Shown piece by piece: positions 9,119 to 19,294 of a DNA stretch of 64,000 nucleotides. The position numbers were made by a program, and so were the translations under genes. The stretch is from an uncultured Actinomycetes bacterium (GTDB taxonomy: Bacteria > Actinomycetota > Actinomycetes > Nanopelagicales > Nanopelagicaceae), in NCBI GenBank assembly GCA_903850565.1, contig CAINLV010000059.1, forward strand, positions 15,981 through 79,980, written 5' to 3'. Below the pieces are notes generated by a model that worked only from the letters and a program-made list of their open reading frames with translations, did no database searches and was not told where the DNA came from. How positions within the stretch are numbered: position 1 is the first letter of the stretch; each line of letters begins with the position of its first letter.

Positions 9119-9895
9119 TTAGGAGAGTTTTTTCAACCCTAAATGCTTGGCCGAGCGACCATCCCCGGACGATTTGCCTCGTAGTCGCCTTAAAATCCAA
9201 GGCAGAGCGAAGGAGAAAAACCAACGAAGATCGGCGCTCTGGTCGCTGACCCAGGAGACTTTTGGTGGAGGTGGAAGCGGGGTGCGCCACGAAGAATCGA
9301 AGGGTTGCTCCAATTTTTCCAAAACACCTTGGGCTACTCGCCAATGGCCATCGGCATTGAGATGGAGCCGGTCTGTCGCCAGGAATCGTCGATCCGAAAG
9401 AAAAAGCGCCTCGTTCCACTCAATCAAAATGGCCCCTAATTCGGCCGCAACTTTTCTAACATTCTTATTAAATTCGCTAAATCGGCTTTCCCATAGTTCG
9501 GCAGTCTTGCCTTTTCCGGTTGCCTTTTCGATGACGGTGAAAAGCATCAAGGTCGCCCCCGTTGCTGCTAATTCTCTTGCAGCGGTTTCATACCTTTCGA
9601 AGGCAACTTCAGATTTGTAATTTGGTCGGAGCACATCGTTGGCACCAGCATGAAATGAAATAAGAGTGCTTTTATCTTCAACAAATTTCGTTGCGGTGGG
9701 AATTTGCTCATCGATAACTTGCGCTAAAAGTTTTCCGCGTATCGCTAAGTTCAGATAAGTGAACCCGGGTTGCTGTTCTGCCAGAACTTCGGCAATCCGG
9801 TCTGCCCAACCGCGGTAATTGCCGTCAACGATTTCATCACACATGCCCTCAGTCATGGAATCACCAAGGGCTATGTAGCGATGAAAGATGGTCAT
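9119..9895 (-). CDS. SGNH/GDSL-family hydrolase (esterase/lipase-like)
   Basis: Block I IALGDSMTEG, block III HAGANDVL, block V DRLHLN. Its ATG overlaps the rlmB stop (ATGA). Confidence 0.8.
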   Translation of the reverse strand: MTIFHRYIALGDSMTEGMCDEIVDGNYRGWADRIAEVLAEQQPGFTYLNLAIRGKLLAQVIDEQIPTATKFVEDKSTLISFHAGANDVLRPNYKSEVAFERYETAARELAATGATLMLFTVIEKATGKGKTAELWESRFSEFNKNVRKVAAELGAILIEWNEALFLSDRRFLATDRLHLNADGHWRVAQGVLEKLEQPFDSSWRTPLPPPPKVSWVSDQSADLRWFFSFALPWILRRLRGKSSGDGRSAKHLGLKKLS

Positions 9896-10722
9896 TCTTT
9901 CTTTGCTCGCTCCTGTGCAATCGAGTACATAACAACTGCAGTGGCGATACTTGCGTTTAGGGATTCAACACTTGATTCCATCGGAATCGAAAGCACTAAG
10001 TCGCACTTCTCTCTGGCCAATCTGGATATTCCTTTACCTTCAGAGCCAACGATTAGGTAAAGAGATTCATGAGCCAATGAGAATTGCGGAAGTGATTCAT
10101 CTCCTTCAGCATCCAGGCCGACGACAAAGTATCCAGCTTTTTTCGCATCTTCAATTGAGCGAACCAAATTAGTTACTTGTGAAATTGGCAGACGAGCAGC
10201 CGCACCGGCAGAAGATTTCCATGCTGAGCCAGTCATCGCTGCAGTTCTGCGCTCTGGAATTACAACTCCAGTTGCACCGAAGGCGGCAGCACTTCGCACA
10301 ATGGCACCTAAGTTGTGTGGGTCGGTGACGCCATCTAAACCAATAAGCAGTGCAGGCTTTTTTGCCTTTGCAATGAGTTCAGCAAAATTGGCATATTGAA
10401 ATGGCTTAATGACCAAGGCGATACCTTGATGTGTAGTTGTACCGGTTAATCCGTCCAAGACTCCCCGAGCAACTTCCTTAATAACTAGATCTTGGCGCTT
10501 GGCCAGGCGTAGTGCTTCAGACATGCGCTCATCAATTTCAACGCGTTCGGCAATTACCAATTCCTTTGCAGGAATCTTGGCTCGCAGCGCTTCAACAACT
10601 GCATTTCTTCCGGCAACTGCATCTGAATTAGGACGCGTTTCAGTACGACTTGCCGGCCTGCGGGTTGCAGGTCGCTTTGGTGCAGCTTCAGCTTCTCGAC
10701 GTTTTCTACCTGGGCGCATCAA
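9892..10722 (-). CDS. rlmB: TrmH/SpoU-family RNA 2'-O-methyltransferase (23S rRNA Gm2251 methyltransferase RlmB-like)
   Basis: 276 aa. Basic N-terminal tail, GRNAVVEAL substrate-binding domain, and SpoU motifs GLDGVTDPHNLGAIVRSA, LIVGSEGKGIS and SLNASIATAVVMY. It lies downstream of cysS, as in other actinobacteria. Confidence 0.85.
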   Translation of the reverse strand: MMRPGRKRREAEAAPKRPATRRPASRTETRPNSDAVAGRNAVVEALRAKIPAKELVIAERVEIDERMSEALRLAKRQDLVIKEVARGVLDGLTGTTTHQGIALVIKPFQYANFAELIAKAKKPALLIGLDGVTDPHNLGAIVRSAAAFGATGVVIPERRTAAMTGSAWKSSAGAAARLPISQVTNLVRSIEDAKKAGYFVVGLDAEGDESLPQFSLAHESLYLIVGSEGKGISRLAREKCDLVLSIPMESSVESLNASIATAVVMYSIAQERAKKE

Positions 10723-12122
10723 CGTGCCAATGTCCAGCGGGAGCCTGCAGGAGTGTCTTCAATGAGTATTCCTAACTCTAAAATCTGATCGCGAATTGCG
10801 TCAGCCGTTGCAAAATCTTTTCGGGCACGTGCTGACTCTCGCTGGGCGAGTGCCAATTTTACTAAGCCATCCATGGCATCGGTTGCAGCTGGTTTGTCCA
10901 TTGCAAAAGTTGGGTCGAATGGATCGCAACCCAAAATAGCCAGCGCACCACGAACTTCAGCAGCGATTCTGGCAATTTCTTTTTGCCCTGCTTCATCACC
11001 AAAGGTCAGCGATGAGAGCGCAGTATTTCCATCACGAACTAATTCAGAGATACCCGCGAGTGCCGTAGGGACGGCGAGGTCATCATTCATGGCGGCTGTG
11101 AAATCTAAAGAAACCAAAAGACCCGGTTCTTCATTGAGAATCTCCGTGGCACGCGCCAGGAATCCTTCGATCCGCCGAAAATTCACGGCGGTTTCTTCTA
11201 ATGCTTCAAAAGAAAATTCCACCATGGATCGATAATGCGCACTTCCCAAATACCAACGAAGTTCAATCCCCCGAACTCGCTGAACAATTTCGGAAACCAA
11301 AAGTGAATTTCCCAGCGACTTACTCATCTTTTCGCCAGAAGCGGTCACCCAAGCATTGTGCATCCAGATTTTTGAAAATCCCCAACCGGCTGATTCGGAT
11401 TGGGCAATTTCGTTTTCATGATGCGGGAAAATTAAATCTAACCCACCACCATGAATGTCGAATTCGGCACCTAAATAGGTATGCGCCATTGCCGAACATT
11501 CCAAGTGCCAACCTGGACGTCCATCTCCCCAAGGAGTTGGCCACGAAGGCTCGCCTGGCTTCGCCGATTTCCAAAGTGCGAAATCTCGAGGATCTTTCTT
11601 AAAACTGTCTTCTGCATCTCCGGCTGAAAGAAGGTCATCAATTTTTTGATTGGAGAGCGTTAAATAAGACTTTAATGAGCGCACATTTAGATAAACATCG
11701 CCATTACCAGGAGCATAAGCGGTGCCATTGTCGATCAAAGTTTGCATTAATTCAATCATCTGCGTGATGTGCCCAGTGGCCCGTGGCTCATAGGTTGGAG
11801 AGAGAACATTTACCCGTGAATACGCCCAAGAAAATGCCTGCTCATACTTCATAGCAACAGCCCACCAAGGAATACCTTCGACCTCGGCCTTCTGCAAAAT
11901 CTTGTCATCGATATCAGTGACGTTGCGAATAAACGTTACTTCGTAACCCAGATGAGTCAACCACCTGCGCAAGATATCGAAATTTACGCCACTTCTAATG
12001 TGGCCAATATGGGGAGCGCCTTGTACGGTAGCGCCGCATAAATAAATTCCAGCTTTGCCTGGAGTGAGTGAAACAAATTCTTCGCTACTTCTAGAGAGTG
12101 TGTTGTAGAGATGAAGGCTCAT
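10719..12122 (-). CDS. cysS: Cysteine--tRNA ligase
   Basis: 467 aa. HIGH motif GAPHIGHIRS, KMSKS motif GEKMSKSLGN, and WHLEC zinc-site region. Confidence 0.97.
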   Translation of the reverse strand: MSLHLYNTLSRSSEEFVSLTPGKAGIYLCGATVQGAPHIGHIRSGVNFDILRRWLTHLGYEVTFIRNVTDIDDKILQKAEVEGIPWWAVAMKYEQAFSWAYSRVNVLSPTYEPRATGHITQMIELMQTLIDNGTAYAPGNGDVYLNVRSLKSYLTLSNQKIDDLLSAGDAEDSFKKDPRDFALWKSAKPGEPSWPTPWGDGRPGWHLECSAMAHTYLGAEFDIHGGGLDLIFPHHENEIAQSESAGWGFSKIWMHNAWVTASGEKMSKSLGNSLLVSEIVQRVRGIELRWYLGSAHYRSMVEFSFEALEETAVNFRRIEGFLARATEILNEEPGLLVSLDFTAAMNDDLAVPTALAGISELVRDGNTALSSLTFGDEAGQKEIARIAAEVRGALAILGCDPFDPTFAMDKPAATDAMDGLVKLALAQRESARARKDFATADAIRDQILELGILIEDTPAGSRWTLAR

Positions 12123-12607
12123 AATGAAACCACTAACGCACTTGCCATAACAAAAACGCCTTCACCCCGACCGGTAAATCCCATGCCATCGGTTGTGGTC
12201 GCCGAAATAGAAACTGGCGCACCCAAGGCTTCGCTGAGCACTGCTTGCGCTTCTGCTCGACGTGGCCCGATCTTAGGCTCGTTGCCCACGATTTGAAGAG
12301 ATACATTTCCAATCCTGAAATTATTTTCTTCAACAAATTTTTTCAAGAAATGCACCATCGAAATTCCCGATGCGCCTTTCCATTCCGGACGGTCTGTTCC
12401 AAAAAGTTCCCCGATATCGCCCAACTGGCATGCGGAAAGCACTGCATCGCACAACGCATGCACCGCCGCATCACCATCGGAATGACCGACCAATCTGCGC
12501 GATTGTGGCCACTCCAATCCCGCTAGCGCACATGGACCTTCATCACCGAATTGGTGTGCATCCACTCCTACGCCAGTGCGATAGGAAATATCAGGTAAGG
12601 AAGTCAA
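12119..12607 (-). CDS. ispF: 2-C-methyl-D-erythritol 2,4-cyclodiphosphate synthase
   Basis: 162 aa. Motifs GVGVDAHQF, GHSDGDAAVHALCDA and ATTTDGMGFTGRGEG. 4-nt overlaps with ptsH upstream and cysS downstream. Confidence 0.95.
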   Translation of the reverse strand: MTSLPDISYRTGVGVDAHQFGDEGPCALAGLEWPQSRRLVGHSDGDAAVHALCDAVLSACQLGDIGELFGTDRPEWKGASGISMVHFLKKFVEENNFRIGNVSLQIVGNEPKIGPRRAEAQAVLSEALGAPVSISATTTDGMGFTGRGEGVFVMASALVVSL

Positions 12608-12882
12608 TGATCGGCGCTCTCAACAATGACTTTGAGTGCGGCTGCGACTGAATCCTCTTCTGGACCTTCGACGCGAACAACAATTTCATCTCCGAATTTG
12701 ACCCCAAGGGTCATGACGCGAAGGACACTGGCGCCATCGATATCCGGGGAGAGCTCCCCCGTCGGGAGAACCTTGGCCAACCGAACCGAGCAACCGGAAG
12801 ATTTAGCGCTGGAAGCGAATAGTGCGGCGGGTCTGGCATGCAGGCCAACGGCGGAAGCAACGGTGGTTCGAAATTCTTTCAT
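12604..12882 (-). CDS. ptsH: Phosphocarrier protein HPr
   Basis: 92 aa. Active-site motif GLHARPAA (His-15 equivalent) and the downstream GASVLRVMTLG region. Confidence 0.9.
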   Translation of the reverse strand: MKEFRTTVASAVGLHARPAALFASSAKSSGCSVRLAKVLPTGELSPDIDGASVLRVMTLGVKFGDEIVVRVEGPEEDSVAAALKVIVESADH

Positions 12883-12963
12883 AAAGTAATCGTATCTCCC
12901 TCAAAAGTAGTGTTTAATATACACATCTATCCAGACACTTGCACAAATGTGAAGGTTGAGAAT

Positions 12964-13965
12964 ATGACCGTAGAACGCTTGCTGATGGGCCACCCGCTCT
13001 CCTCCCCCGATCATGCACGTCATGCCCTTCTCTATATGTATCGGATTCGAAAATTTGAAGAAGCGGTCGAAGATCTTTTCGGTCGCGGAATGATGCATGG
13101 AACTATGCACTTATCTATTGGCCAAGAAGCTGGGCCAACTGGAATGTGCTTGGCACTGAAATTGGAAGACCAAATTACTTCCACTCACCGCGGACATGGT
13201 CATTGCATTGCAAAAGGCGCAGATCTAACTCGGATGATGGCTGAGTTGCTTGGTAAAGAGATCGGTTATTGCGGCGGGCGCGGCGGCAGCATGCATATCG
13301 CCGATGCAGAAACCGGAAACCTAGGTGCCAATGGTGTTGTCGGTGGTGGAATTCCGATTGCAGTTGGAGCCGCTCTGGCCTCAAAACTGCAGAAGAAAGG
13401 CACAGTTGCAGTCTCCTTCTTCGGCGATGGCGCAATGAATGAGGGCGCATTCCACGAAGCAGCCAACTTGGCAGCAATTTGGAAACTTCCAGTAATACTT
13501 TTCTGCGAAAACAATAAATATGGCATGAGCTCTTCCACCGAAACTGCATTTGCCATCGATCGACTTGCCGACAGAGGCCTGGGCTATGGAATTCCAGGGG
13601 TAACGGTCGATGGAAATGATGTAGTTGCAGTCTATGAAGCGTGCGAAGCTGCAGTTGCTCGCGCGCGTAACGGCGAAGGTCCGACATTGATTGAAACCGT
13701 TACCTACCGCTGGAAGGGCCACTCTCGATCAGATAAGAATCTGTATCGAACCAAAGAGGAAATCGAAGAGTGGAAACATCTAGATCCAATTCCCAATTTC
13801 ATTTCTAAAGTCCTTGCCGCCGGAATCTTGAACCAAGAAGAGATTGATGCCATTGCAAAAATGGCACAGGATCAAATTATCGAAGCCGTAAACAATGCGG
13901 CCCAAGCAAAATCAGCAGTGCCAGATGGTCTACTAGAGGCAGTATTTAAGGCGGTCAGCGCATGA
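12964..13965 (+). CDS. Thiamine-diphosphate-dependent 2-oxoacid (pyruvate/acetoin) dehydrogenase E1 alpha subunit
   Basis: Motifs HLSIGQEA, the GGRGGSMH region and the TPP-binding [38 protein letters not shown]. Start re-chosen at MTVERLL (12964), because the track start at 12838 would overlap ptsH on the opposite strand. Confidence 0.85.
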   Translation: MTVERLLMGHPLSSPDHARHALLYMYRIRKFEEAVEDLFGRGMMHGTMHLSIGQEAGPTGMCLALKLEDQITSTHRGHGHCIAKGADLTRMMAELLGKEIGYCGGRGGSMHIADAETGNLGANGVVGGGIPIAVGAALASKLQKKGTVAVSFFGDGAMNEGAFHEAANLAAIWKLPVILFCENNKYGMSSSTETAFAIDRLADRGLGYGIPGVTVDGNDVVAVYEACEAAVARARNGEGPTLIETVTYRWKGHSRSDKNLYRTKEEIEEWKHLDPIPNFISKVLAAGILNQEEIDAIAKMAQDQIIEAVNNAAQAKSAVPDGLLEAVFKAVSA

Positions 13966-14966
13966 GCACCGATAATCGCATGTTGACAATGGCCGAGGCA
14001 CTTCGTGAGGCCATGGGAATTGCAATGGATGAACGTCCTGAGGTTTTTATTTTGGGCGAGGATATTGGCATTTATGGTGGCGCTTTTGGAGTGACTGGTG
14101 ATCTCTATCATCGCTTTTCCCCAGAACGAGTAATCGATACTCCAATATCTGAACTTGGAATCGTCGGAGCAGCAGTTGGCGCCGCGTTATCTGGAATGCG
14201 TCCGATTGTTGAAATCCAATTTTCAGATTTCACCGCTCAGGCAATGGACCAGATCGCCAATCAGGCGGCAAAGATTCACTTCATGTTGGGTGGCGCACTC
14301 CACGTTCCACTGGTTCTGCGCACCCCGCAAGGTTCCGGCACCGGAGCTGCGGCGCAACACTCACAGAACTTGGAAACTTGGTTTGCCAACGTTCCTGGGC
14401 TAAAAGTTGTTGTTCCATCCAATCCAGCAGATGCAAAGGGCTTACTGCTTTCCGCAATTGACGATCCCAATCCAGTAATTTTCCTAGAGCACAAACTCCT
14501 CTACAAGATTCCTGGTCGCGATCCGGTTCCAGAAGGAGCAATCCGAATTCCGCTGGGCGTATCCAAAGTTGTTCGTGAAGGAAAAGATTTGACCTTGGTA
14601 GCTACTGGCATCATGGTGAATAAATCATTTGAAGTTGCCGAAAAATTGGCCGCTGAAGGGATTTCAATAACGCTTATCGATCCTCGAACTATTTCACCGC
14701 TGGATATGAATCCAATCTTTGAATCGGTGGAAAAAACTGGGCGCCTACTGGTGGTCCAAGAAGGTCCATCTCACGGTGGATTCATCAATGAAGTTATTGC
14801 CCGAGTAAGTGAAAGCTCCTCATTTGGTTCACTGATTGCTCCAATAAAGCGTTTGGCTGGAATGAATATTCCAATTCCATATGCACCTCAACTAGAAAAA
14901 GCAGCGGTTCCGCAAATTGAAGACATTGAAGTCGCTGCCCGCGAATTAGTTAAGAGCTGGCGATGA
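13962..14966 (+). CDS. 2-oxoacid dehydrogenase E1 beta subunit
   Basis: 334 aa. Segments [47 protein letters not shown] and [19 protein letters not shown]. 4-nt overlap with both neighbours. Confidence 0.9.
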   Translation: MSTDNRMLTMAEALREAMGIAMDERPEVFILGEDIGIYGGAFGVTGDLYHRFSPERVIDTPISELGIVGAAVGAALSGMRPIVEIQFSDFTAQAMDQIANQAAKIHFMLGGALHVPLVLRTPQGSGTGAAAQHSQNLETWFANVPGLKVVVPSNPADAKGLLLSAIDDPNPVIFLEHKLLYKIPGRDPVPEGAIRIPLGVSKVVREGKDLTLVATGIMVNKSFEVAEKLAAEGISITLIDPRTISPLDMNPIFESVEKTGRLLVVQEGPSHGGFINEVIARVSESSSFGSLIAPIKRLAGMNIPIPYAPQLEKAAVPQIEDIEVAARELVKSWR

Positions 14967-16057
14967 GTTTTCGATATCCGGTAGTCATGCCGAAAATGAG
15001 CATGACTATGGAAACCGGCGAATTGATTGACTATCACGTCAAAGTTGGCGATCGAGTTAGTTCTGGCGATGTGCTCTTTGAGGTCATGACCGACAAGATC
15101 GACATGGAAGTGGAATCCCCCGCTGATGGCGTTGTGGAACAACTCATCGGTGAGGTCGGCGCCACCGTTGATATTGGAAAACCAGTCCTGATCTTGCTGA
15201 CTGACACCGAAGTAATGGCATTTGATTTTGGTGGAGAACCAGCGCAATTGCCGCCAGCACCTGCAATAGTTGAAGCCCTGCCCGTTATCGAAGCGGTTGT
15301 CGCAGTTCCTCAAATTAGCGTTCCTGAAGTCACAGCCCCGGTTGCGGTTGCGCCAGTGATTGTTTCGCACACATATAAGGCCGTTCCCAAAGCTCGTGTA
15401 GCTGCCGCTGAAACCGGAATTGATCTTCGGACGATTGTTCCCACAGGTCCAGATCGGACCATCATGTATTCAGATGTCATTAACCGGCACCCAACCGAAG
15501 AACAGTTAAAGCGTCAGGCCGCAAACCGCGCCCTGATTGCACGCGGTATTGAGATGACTCAAAATATCCCGCAAGCATCCTTTACTAGAAGCGTGACCGT
15601 TTCTGATTCAGGTTTGCCACATCTGATGAGTGCGTGGGCACGGGTCCTTCGTTCTCGCCCAGAGTTAAATGTCTCCGGTAAAGATGGATCATTGAATCCA
15701 CAGGTAGGAGTGGCCACCATTATTGAATCCAAATATGGAAGCGCCCTACCGGTTTACAAAGACCCTGACCTTTTGGATATGAAGACCCTCTCTGAACTTG
15801 TTTCTACAACAAGTACGGCTGCTCGACATGGAAAAGTTCCGTTAGCAATGCTCAGCGGAGCCACGACGACGGTATTCGATCTGCGCTCTTACCAAATGAC
15901 TTCCACGACCCCTCGGCTCTTTCCTCATCAAGTAACTGCGTTAACCATCGGTGAATCTTCTGGCGGCGCTATCGCAGTATCCCTGACCATCGACCTTCGA
16001 TATTGCGATTTTTATGATGGCGCTGGAGCGCTCGATTTGCTCGTAAAAACCCTCTAA
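14963..16057 (+). CDS. E2-like dihydrolipoamide acyltransferase homologue: lipoyl domain, E1/E3-binding domain and a divergent catalytic domain
   Basis: Lipoyl-lysine motif [17 protein letters not shown]. Subunit-binding domain [31 protein letters not shown]. The C-terminal domain aligns with E2 cores, but the signature reads [15 protein letters not shown] where DHRxxDG is expected. Confidence 0.75.
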   Translation: MSFRYPVVMPKMSMTMETGELIDYHVKVGDRVSSGDVLFEVMTDKIDMEVESPADGVVEQLIGEVGATVDIGKPVLILLTDTEVMAFDFGGEPAQLPPAPAIVEALPVIEAVVAVPQISVPEVTAPVAVAPVIVSHTYKAVPKARVAAAETGIDLRTIVPTGPDRTIMYSDVINRHPTEEQLKRQAANRALIARGIEMTQNIPQASFTRSVTVSDSGLPHLMSAWARVLRSRPELNVSGKDGSLNPQVGVATIIESKYGSALPVYKDPDLLDMKTLSELVSTTSTAARHGKVPLAMLSGATTTVFDLRSYQMTSTTPRLFPHQVTALTIGESSGGAIAVSLTIDLRYCDFYDGAGALDLLVKTL

Positions 16058-16098
16058 ATCGACTAACTTTTCTATCGTCCTAGCGAAAAGAGAACCAT

Positions 16099-17793
16099 GT
16101 GATTGCTTTGAACGGAATTGCCGCAAGTTCGGGGGCAGCGCTTGGTCAATTCTTTTTGTTGACGACCGAAATCCCAGTGCCGTCACCTTCACCTTCGACA
16201 CTTCCGCTCTTAGAAGAGCGCCAAGTTCTCACTGATGCCATTAACTTTGTTGGAGCCGATTTAGAAGCAAGAGCCACTCGATCCACTGGTGAACTTGCCG
16301 AGATCCTGACCGCGATCGGAGAAATCGCAACCGATCCAGCGCTCCTGGAGGAAGCCTTTAACGTCATTGCTCAAGGACACAATGCCAGTTACGCAATTTC
16401 GCTAGCCACTGAAATTTTCAAGGAACTCTTGGAATCCTCGGGTGGTTACCTTGCCGAGCGCGTTTCTGATGTAGCCAATATTTGCGATCGAATCCTTTGC
16501 CGAATTGCCGGTGTGGAGTACCCAGAAATTCCACAATTCATCGTTCCCACGATTCTTATCGCTCGAGATTTATCTCCAGCAGATACCACTGACTTAGAAT
16601 CAGATCAGATTTTGGCGATTGTCACCGAAGGTGGCGGACCAACCAGTCATACCGCCATTATCGCTCGTTCCCGAGGAATTCCGGCGGTAGTCGCTTGCCC
16701 GGGAGTCGTTGAATATGCCCGTACTCAACACGGCTCACTCCTTGGAGTGGATGCAACCACTGGCGAAATTACCTTCAACCCGCCGGCTGAAATTCAAAGT
16801 CGGTTAGTCGAAAAAGTCGAGCGTATCCTCAAGCGAAAAGCGCAGTTGGTAAATCGAACTCCCCTGGGATATCAAACCCGCGATGGTCAAACCGTTCCCA
16901 TTTACGCCAACATCGGCGGATTGAAAGATGTGGATGTTGCCCTCAAGGCCGGCGCCGATGGCGTTGGGTTATTGCGAACCGAGCTGCTCTACCTGGATCG
17001 AAAACTTCCACCAACTTTGGAAGAACAAATTCAGATTTATACCGACCTCTTCACGCCATTCGCCGGTCAGAAAGTTGTTATCCGTACTTTGGACGCGGGT
17101 GCTGATAAACCAATGGCTTTTATTAATTTTGATCATGAACCTAACCCGGCTCTTGGAGTTCGCGGATACCGAACCGTCTACAAGCATGAAGATTTGCTGC
17201 GGATTCAACTAGAAGCTATCGCTGCTGCAACCATTGCATCGGGAACAAATGTTTGGGTTATGGCGCCCATGATTACTTTGCCACAAGAAGCTGCAAATTT
17301 TGTGGAGATGGCAAAAAGCTACGGCATCAAAACAGTAGGCGTCATGATCGAAGTTCCGGCCGCGGTATTTCATGCAGATGAACTAACCACCATTTGCGAC
17401 TTCGTCTCTATCGGCACCAATGATCTGGGTCAATACCTCCATGCCGCAGACCGTGAATCAGCGCCATTGGCTGCTTTCAACGATCCTTGGCAACCAGCAT
17501 TACTTCGAGCCATTTATCAAGTAGCGCAGGCAGGACTTCGAAATAACTGCCCAGTAGGAGTCTGTGGTGAAGCCGCCAGCGATGCAGCATTGGCTTCGGT
17601 GCTCTTGGGTCTAGGGGTCACTTCCCTCTCGTGCAGCGTCTCCACACTGCGGGATGTGGCTGCTGCCGTTTCCGCCTTGAGCTATCCAGAGTTGCAGTTA
17701 GCCGGCATCGCCGCGCTAGCGGCAGGCACTTCGCAGAAAACAAAGGAGAGCGCACGCGCGCAATTGTCAGCGTTAGAAGATTTAGGACTTTAA
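16099..17793 (+). CDS. ptsI: Phosphoenolpyruvate-protein phosphotransferase (PTS Enzyme I)
   Basis: 564 aa. Active-site His region GGGPTSHTAIIARSRGIPAVV, and PEP-utilising TIM-barrel motifs GLLRTELLY and FVSIGTNDLGQY. GTG start. Confidence 0.93.
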   Translation: MIALNGIAASSGAALGQFFLLTTEIPVPSPSPSTLPLLEERQVLTDAINFVGADLEARATRSTGELAEILTAIGEIATDPALLEEAFNVIAQGHNASYAISLATEIFKELLESSGGYLAERVSDVANICDRILCRIAGVEYPEIPQFIVPTILIARDLSPADTTDLESDQILAIVTEGGGPTSHTAIIARSRGIPAVVACPGVVEYARTQHGSLLGVDATTGEITFNPPAEIQSRLVEKVERILKRKAQLVNRTPLGYQTRDGQTVPIYANIGGLKDVDVALKAGADGVGLLRTELLYLDRKLPPTLEEQIQIYTDLFTPFAGQKVVIRTLDAGADKPMAFINFDHEPNPALGVRGYRTVYKHEDLLRIQLEAIAAATIASGTNVWVMAPMITLPQEAANFVEMAKSYGIKTVGVMIEVPAAVFHADELTTICDFVSIGTNDLGQYLHAADRESAPLAAFNDPWQPALLRAIYQVAQAGLRNNCPVGVCGEAASDAALASVLLGLGVTSLSCSVSTLRDVAAAVSALSYPELQLAGIAALAAGTSQKTKESARAQLSALEDLGL

Positions 17794-17795
17794 TC

Positions 17796-17854
17796 CGAGT
17801 GGCAAAACAATTCTCAAAATACTTTGAGAATATGCTTGAAAGAGTACCCACTCG
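17796..17854 (+). promoter_or_regulatory. Nested inverted repeats between ptsI and the sorC-type regulator gene (possible hairpin or operator)
   Basis: Outer arms are CGAGTGG (~17796-17802) and CCACTCG (~17848-17854). Inner arms are ATTCTCAAA (~17810-17818) and TTTGAGAAT (~17823-17831) with a 4-nt spacer. No U-tract follows. Confidence 0.3.
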
Positions 17855-17893
17855 TACACCACACTTAGCGAAATGTTCAATGACTGAACGGAT

Positions 17894-18868
17894 GTGACGA
17901 TAGTGAAACAACGAGAGACGGAGTTAATTCTTCGGGCTGCTCGGCTTTACTATGAGGACCACCATTCGCAAGATCAAGTTGCAGCGATGATGGGAACCTC
18001 GCGCTCCAACATCTCCAGAATGCTCTCCGATGCAAAGCGATTGGGTTTTGTTGAAATTCGCGTAGTCGCTCCAGTTACTCGACATGAAAATCTTTCCTCA
18101 CAATTGCAAAATCTCTTGGGGATCAAAGAAGTGCAAGTAATCACGACAGATAAGAATGAACTAGCTCTCAATGCTGTCGGACGCGCCGCCGCTAAGTCGC
18201 TAATCAATAGTTTGAGCAATAACCAAACCATTGCAATCTCTTGGGGTCGGGGCTTGGAAGCGACAATCGTCAACGTCCGAAGTGAGGCATTTACCGGATT
18301 GAAAGTTACCCAATTAATGGGTTCTCTCTCCTCGGTGACCACTTCTGCTAGCGCCGAAGAAGTTGGCCGCCAATTAGCAAAGAACCTCAATGCCCAATTT
18401 ATCCCGTTTTTAGCACCAGTGGTCGTGAGCAATTCCAGAACCCGAGACACCTTGCTGGAAGAAGAGATCATCACCAAGCCCATCAACCTGGCCCGTGCTG
18501 CCGATGTCGCAATCATTGGAATCGGCTCCAAAGGTTCCTCTTCAAGTGAAATGGTCATTAACGAATTTAAATTCTCTAAAGCCGAGCGAGATCTGCTTTA
18601 TGAAAACTATGCCGGCGATGTTGCGGCCCGTTTCTACGATCTTTCCGGACAGAGTTTGAGTAGCAAGATGGATAAGCGAGTCCTAGGTCTGACCCTTGCC
18701 GAGATTCGAACAATTCCTCGGGTTATTGGTGTCGCCTCCGGCACTGAGAAAGCTTTCGGAGTTATCGGAGCAGCGCGTTCGCAAATGTTGGATGTCTTAA
18801 TAGTTGATCTGGTTTGTGCCAATTCCATCATGAAAACCCTAGCCCCAACGGCGGTGAAGAGCGCATGA
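17894..18868 (+). CDS. SorC/DeoR-family sugar-binding transcriptional regulator
   Basis: 324 aa. N-terminal HTH AARLYYEDHHSQDQVAAMMGTSRSNISRMLSDAKRLGFVEI, followed by a sugar-phosphate-binding domain (ISWGRGL, IGIGS). Confidence 0.85.
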   Translation: MTIVKQRETELILRAARLYYEDHHSQDQVAAMMGTSRSNISRMLSDAKRLGFVEIRVVAPVTRHENLSSQLQNLLGIKEVQVITTDKNELALNAVGRAAAKSLINSLSNNQTIAISWGRGLEATIVNVRSEAFTGLKVTQLMGSLSSVTTSASAEEVGRQLAKNLNAQFIPFLAPVVVSNSRTRDTLLEEEIITKPINLARAADVAIIGIGSKGSSSSEMVINEFKFSKAERDLLYENYAGDVAARFYDLSGQSLSSKMDKRVLGLTLAEIRTIPRVIGVASGTEKAFGVIGAARSQMLDVLIVDLVCANSIMKTLAPTAVKSA

Positions 18869-19266
18869 CCTACTTAACCAAACTCTTATTAGTTATTGCC
18901 GCAATGTGGGCTTCGCAATTAGCCCTTGCTTATTTGCAAGCAAAGAAATTTCAAGCAGATCTAAAGTCTTTACGTAAATCAGGAACCGTTGCCGTAGGTA
19001 TGGGCGGCAAAAGGTACAGGGGTGGTCGAGCATTTGTTGCTCTCGCCGCTGATGAATCTGGCGTAATCGTCGACGGGCTGGTCCTTCGCGGACTTACCGT
19101 CTTCGCTAAGTCGCGCCCACTTCATGCATACAAAGGATTCTCACTCGACGAGATGATCTCGGGTACCCGGGACGTAGAAAATGAACCAAAGAAAGTGAAG
19201 GAAGCGGCGAAGATGTCGGCCCAACACATTCAGGATCATTTAACACGAATCGCGTCAGGAGAATAA
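18865..19266 (+). CDS. gutM: Glucitol operon activator GutM-like protein
   Basis: Start re-chosen at MTYLTKLLLVIAAMWASQLALAYLQAKKFQ (ATGA overlap with the sorC stop). One N-terminal TM helix and the conserved LRGLTVFAK segment, as in E. coli GutM. Confidence 0.8.
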   Translation: MTYLTKLLLVIAAMWASQLALAYLQAKKFQADLKSLRKSGTVAVGMGGKRYRGGRAFVALAADESGVIVDGLVLRGLTVFAKSRPLHAYKGFSLDEMISGTRDVENEPKKVKEAAKMSAQHIQDHLTRIASGE

Positions 19267-19294
19267 TGATCGGTTACATACAGATGGGTCGATC

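Noticed and set aside
12838-12963. The longer start (12838) for the E1alpha gene.
   Set aside because: It would overlap ptsH on the opposite strand by 45 nt and add a non-conserved Asn/Gly/Lys/Val leader. MTVERLL at 12964 fits E1alpha N-termini better.
13175-13722. Minus-strand ORFs of 170, 96 and 113 aa inside the E1alpha gene.
   Set aside because: The plus-strand frame carries a complete TPP-binding E1alpha signature. The antisense translations are Arg/Leu/Cys-rich with no motifs.
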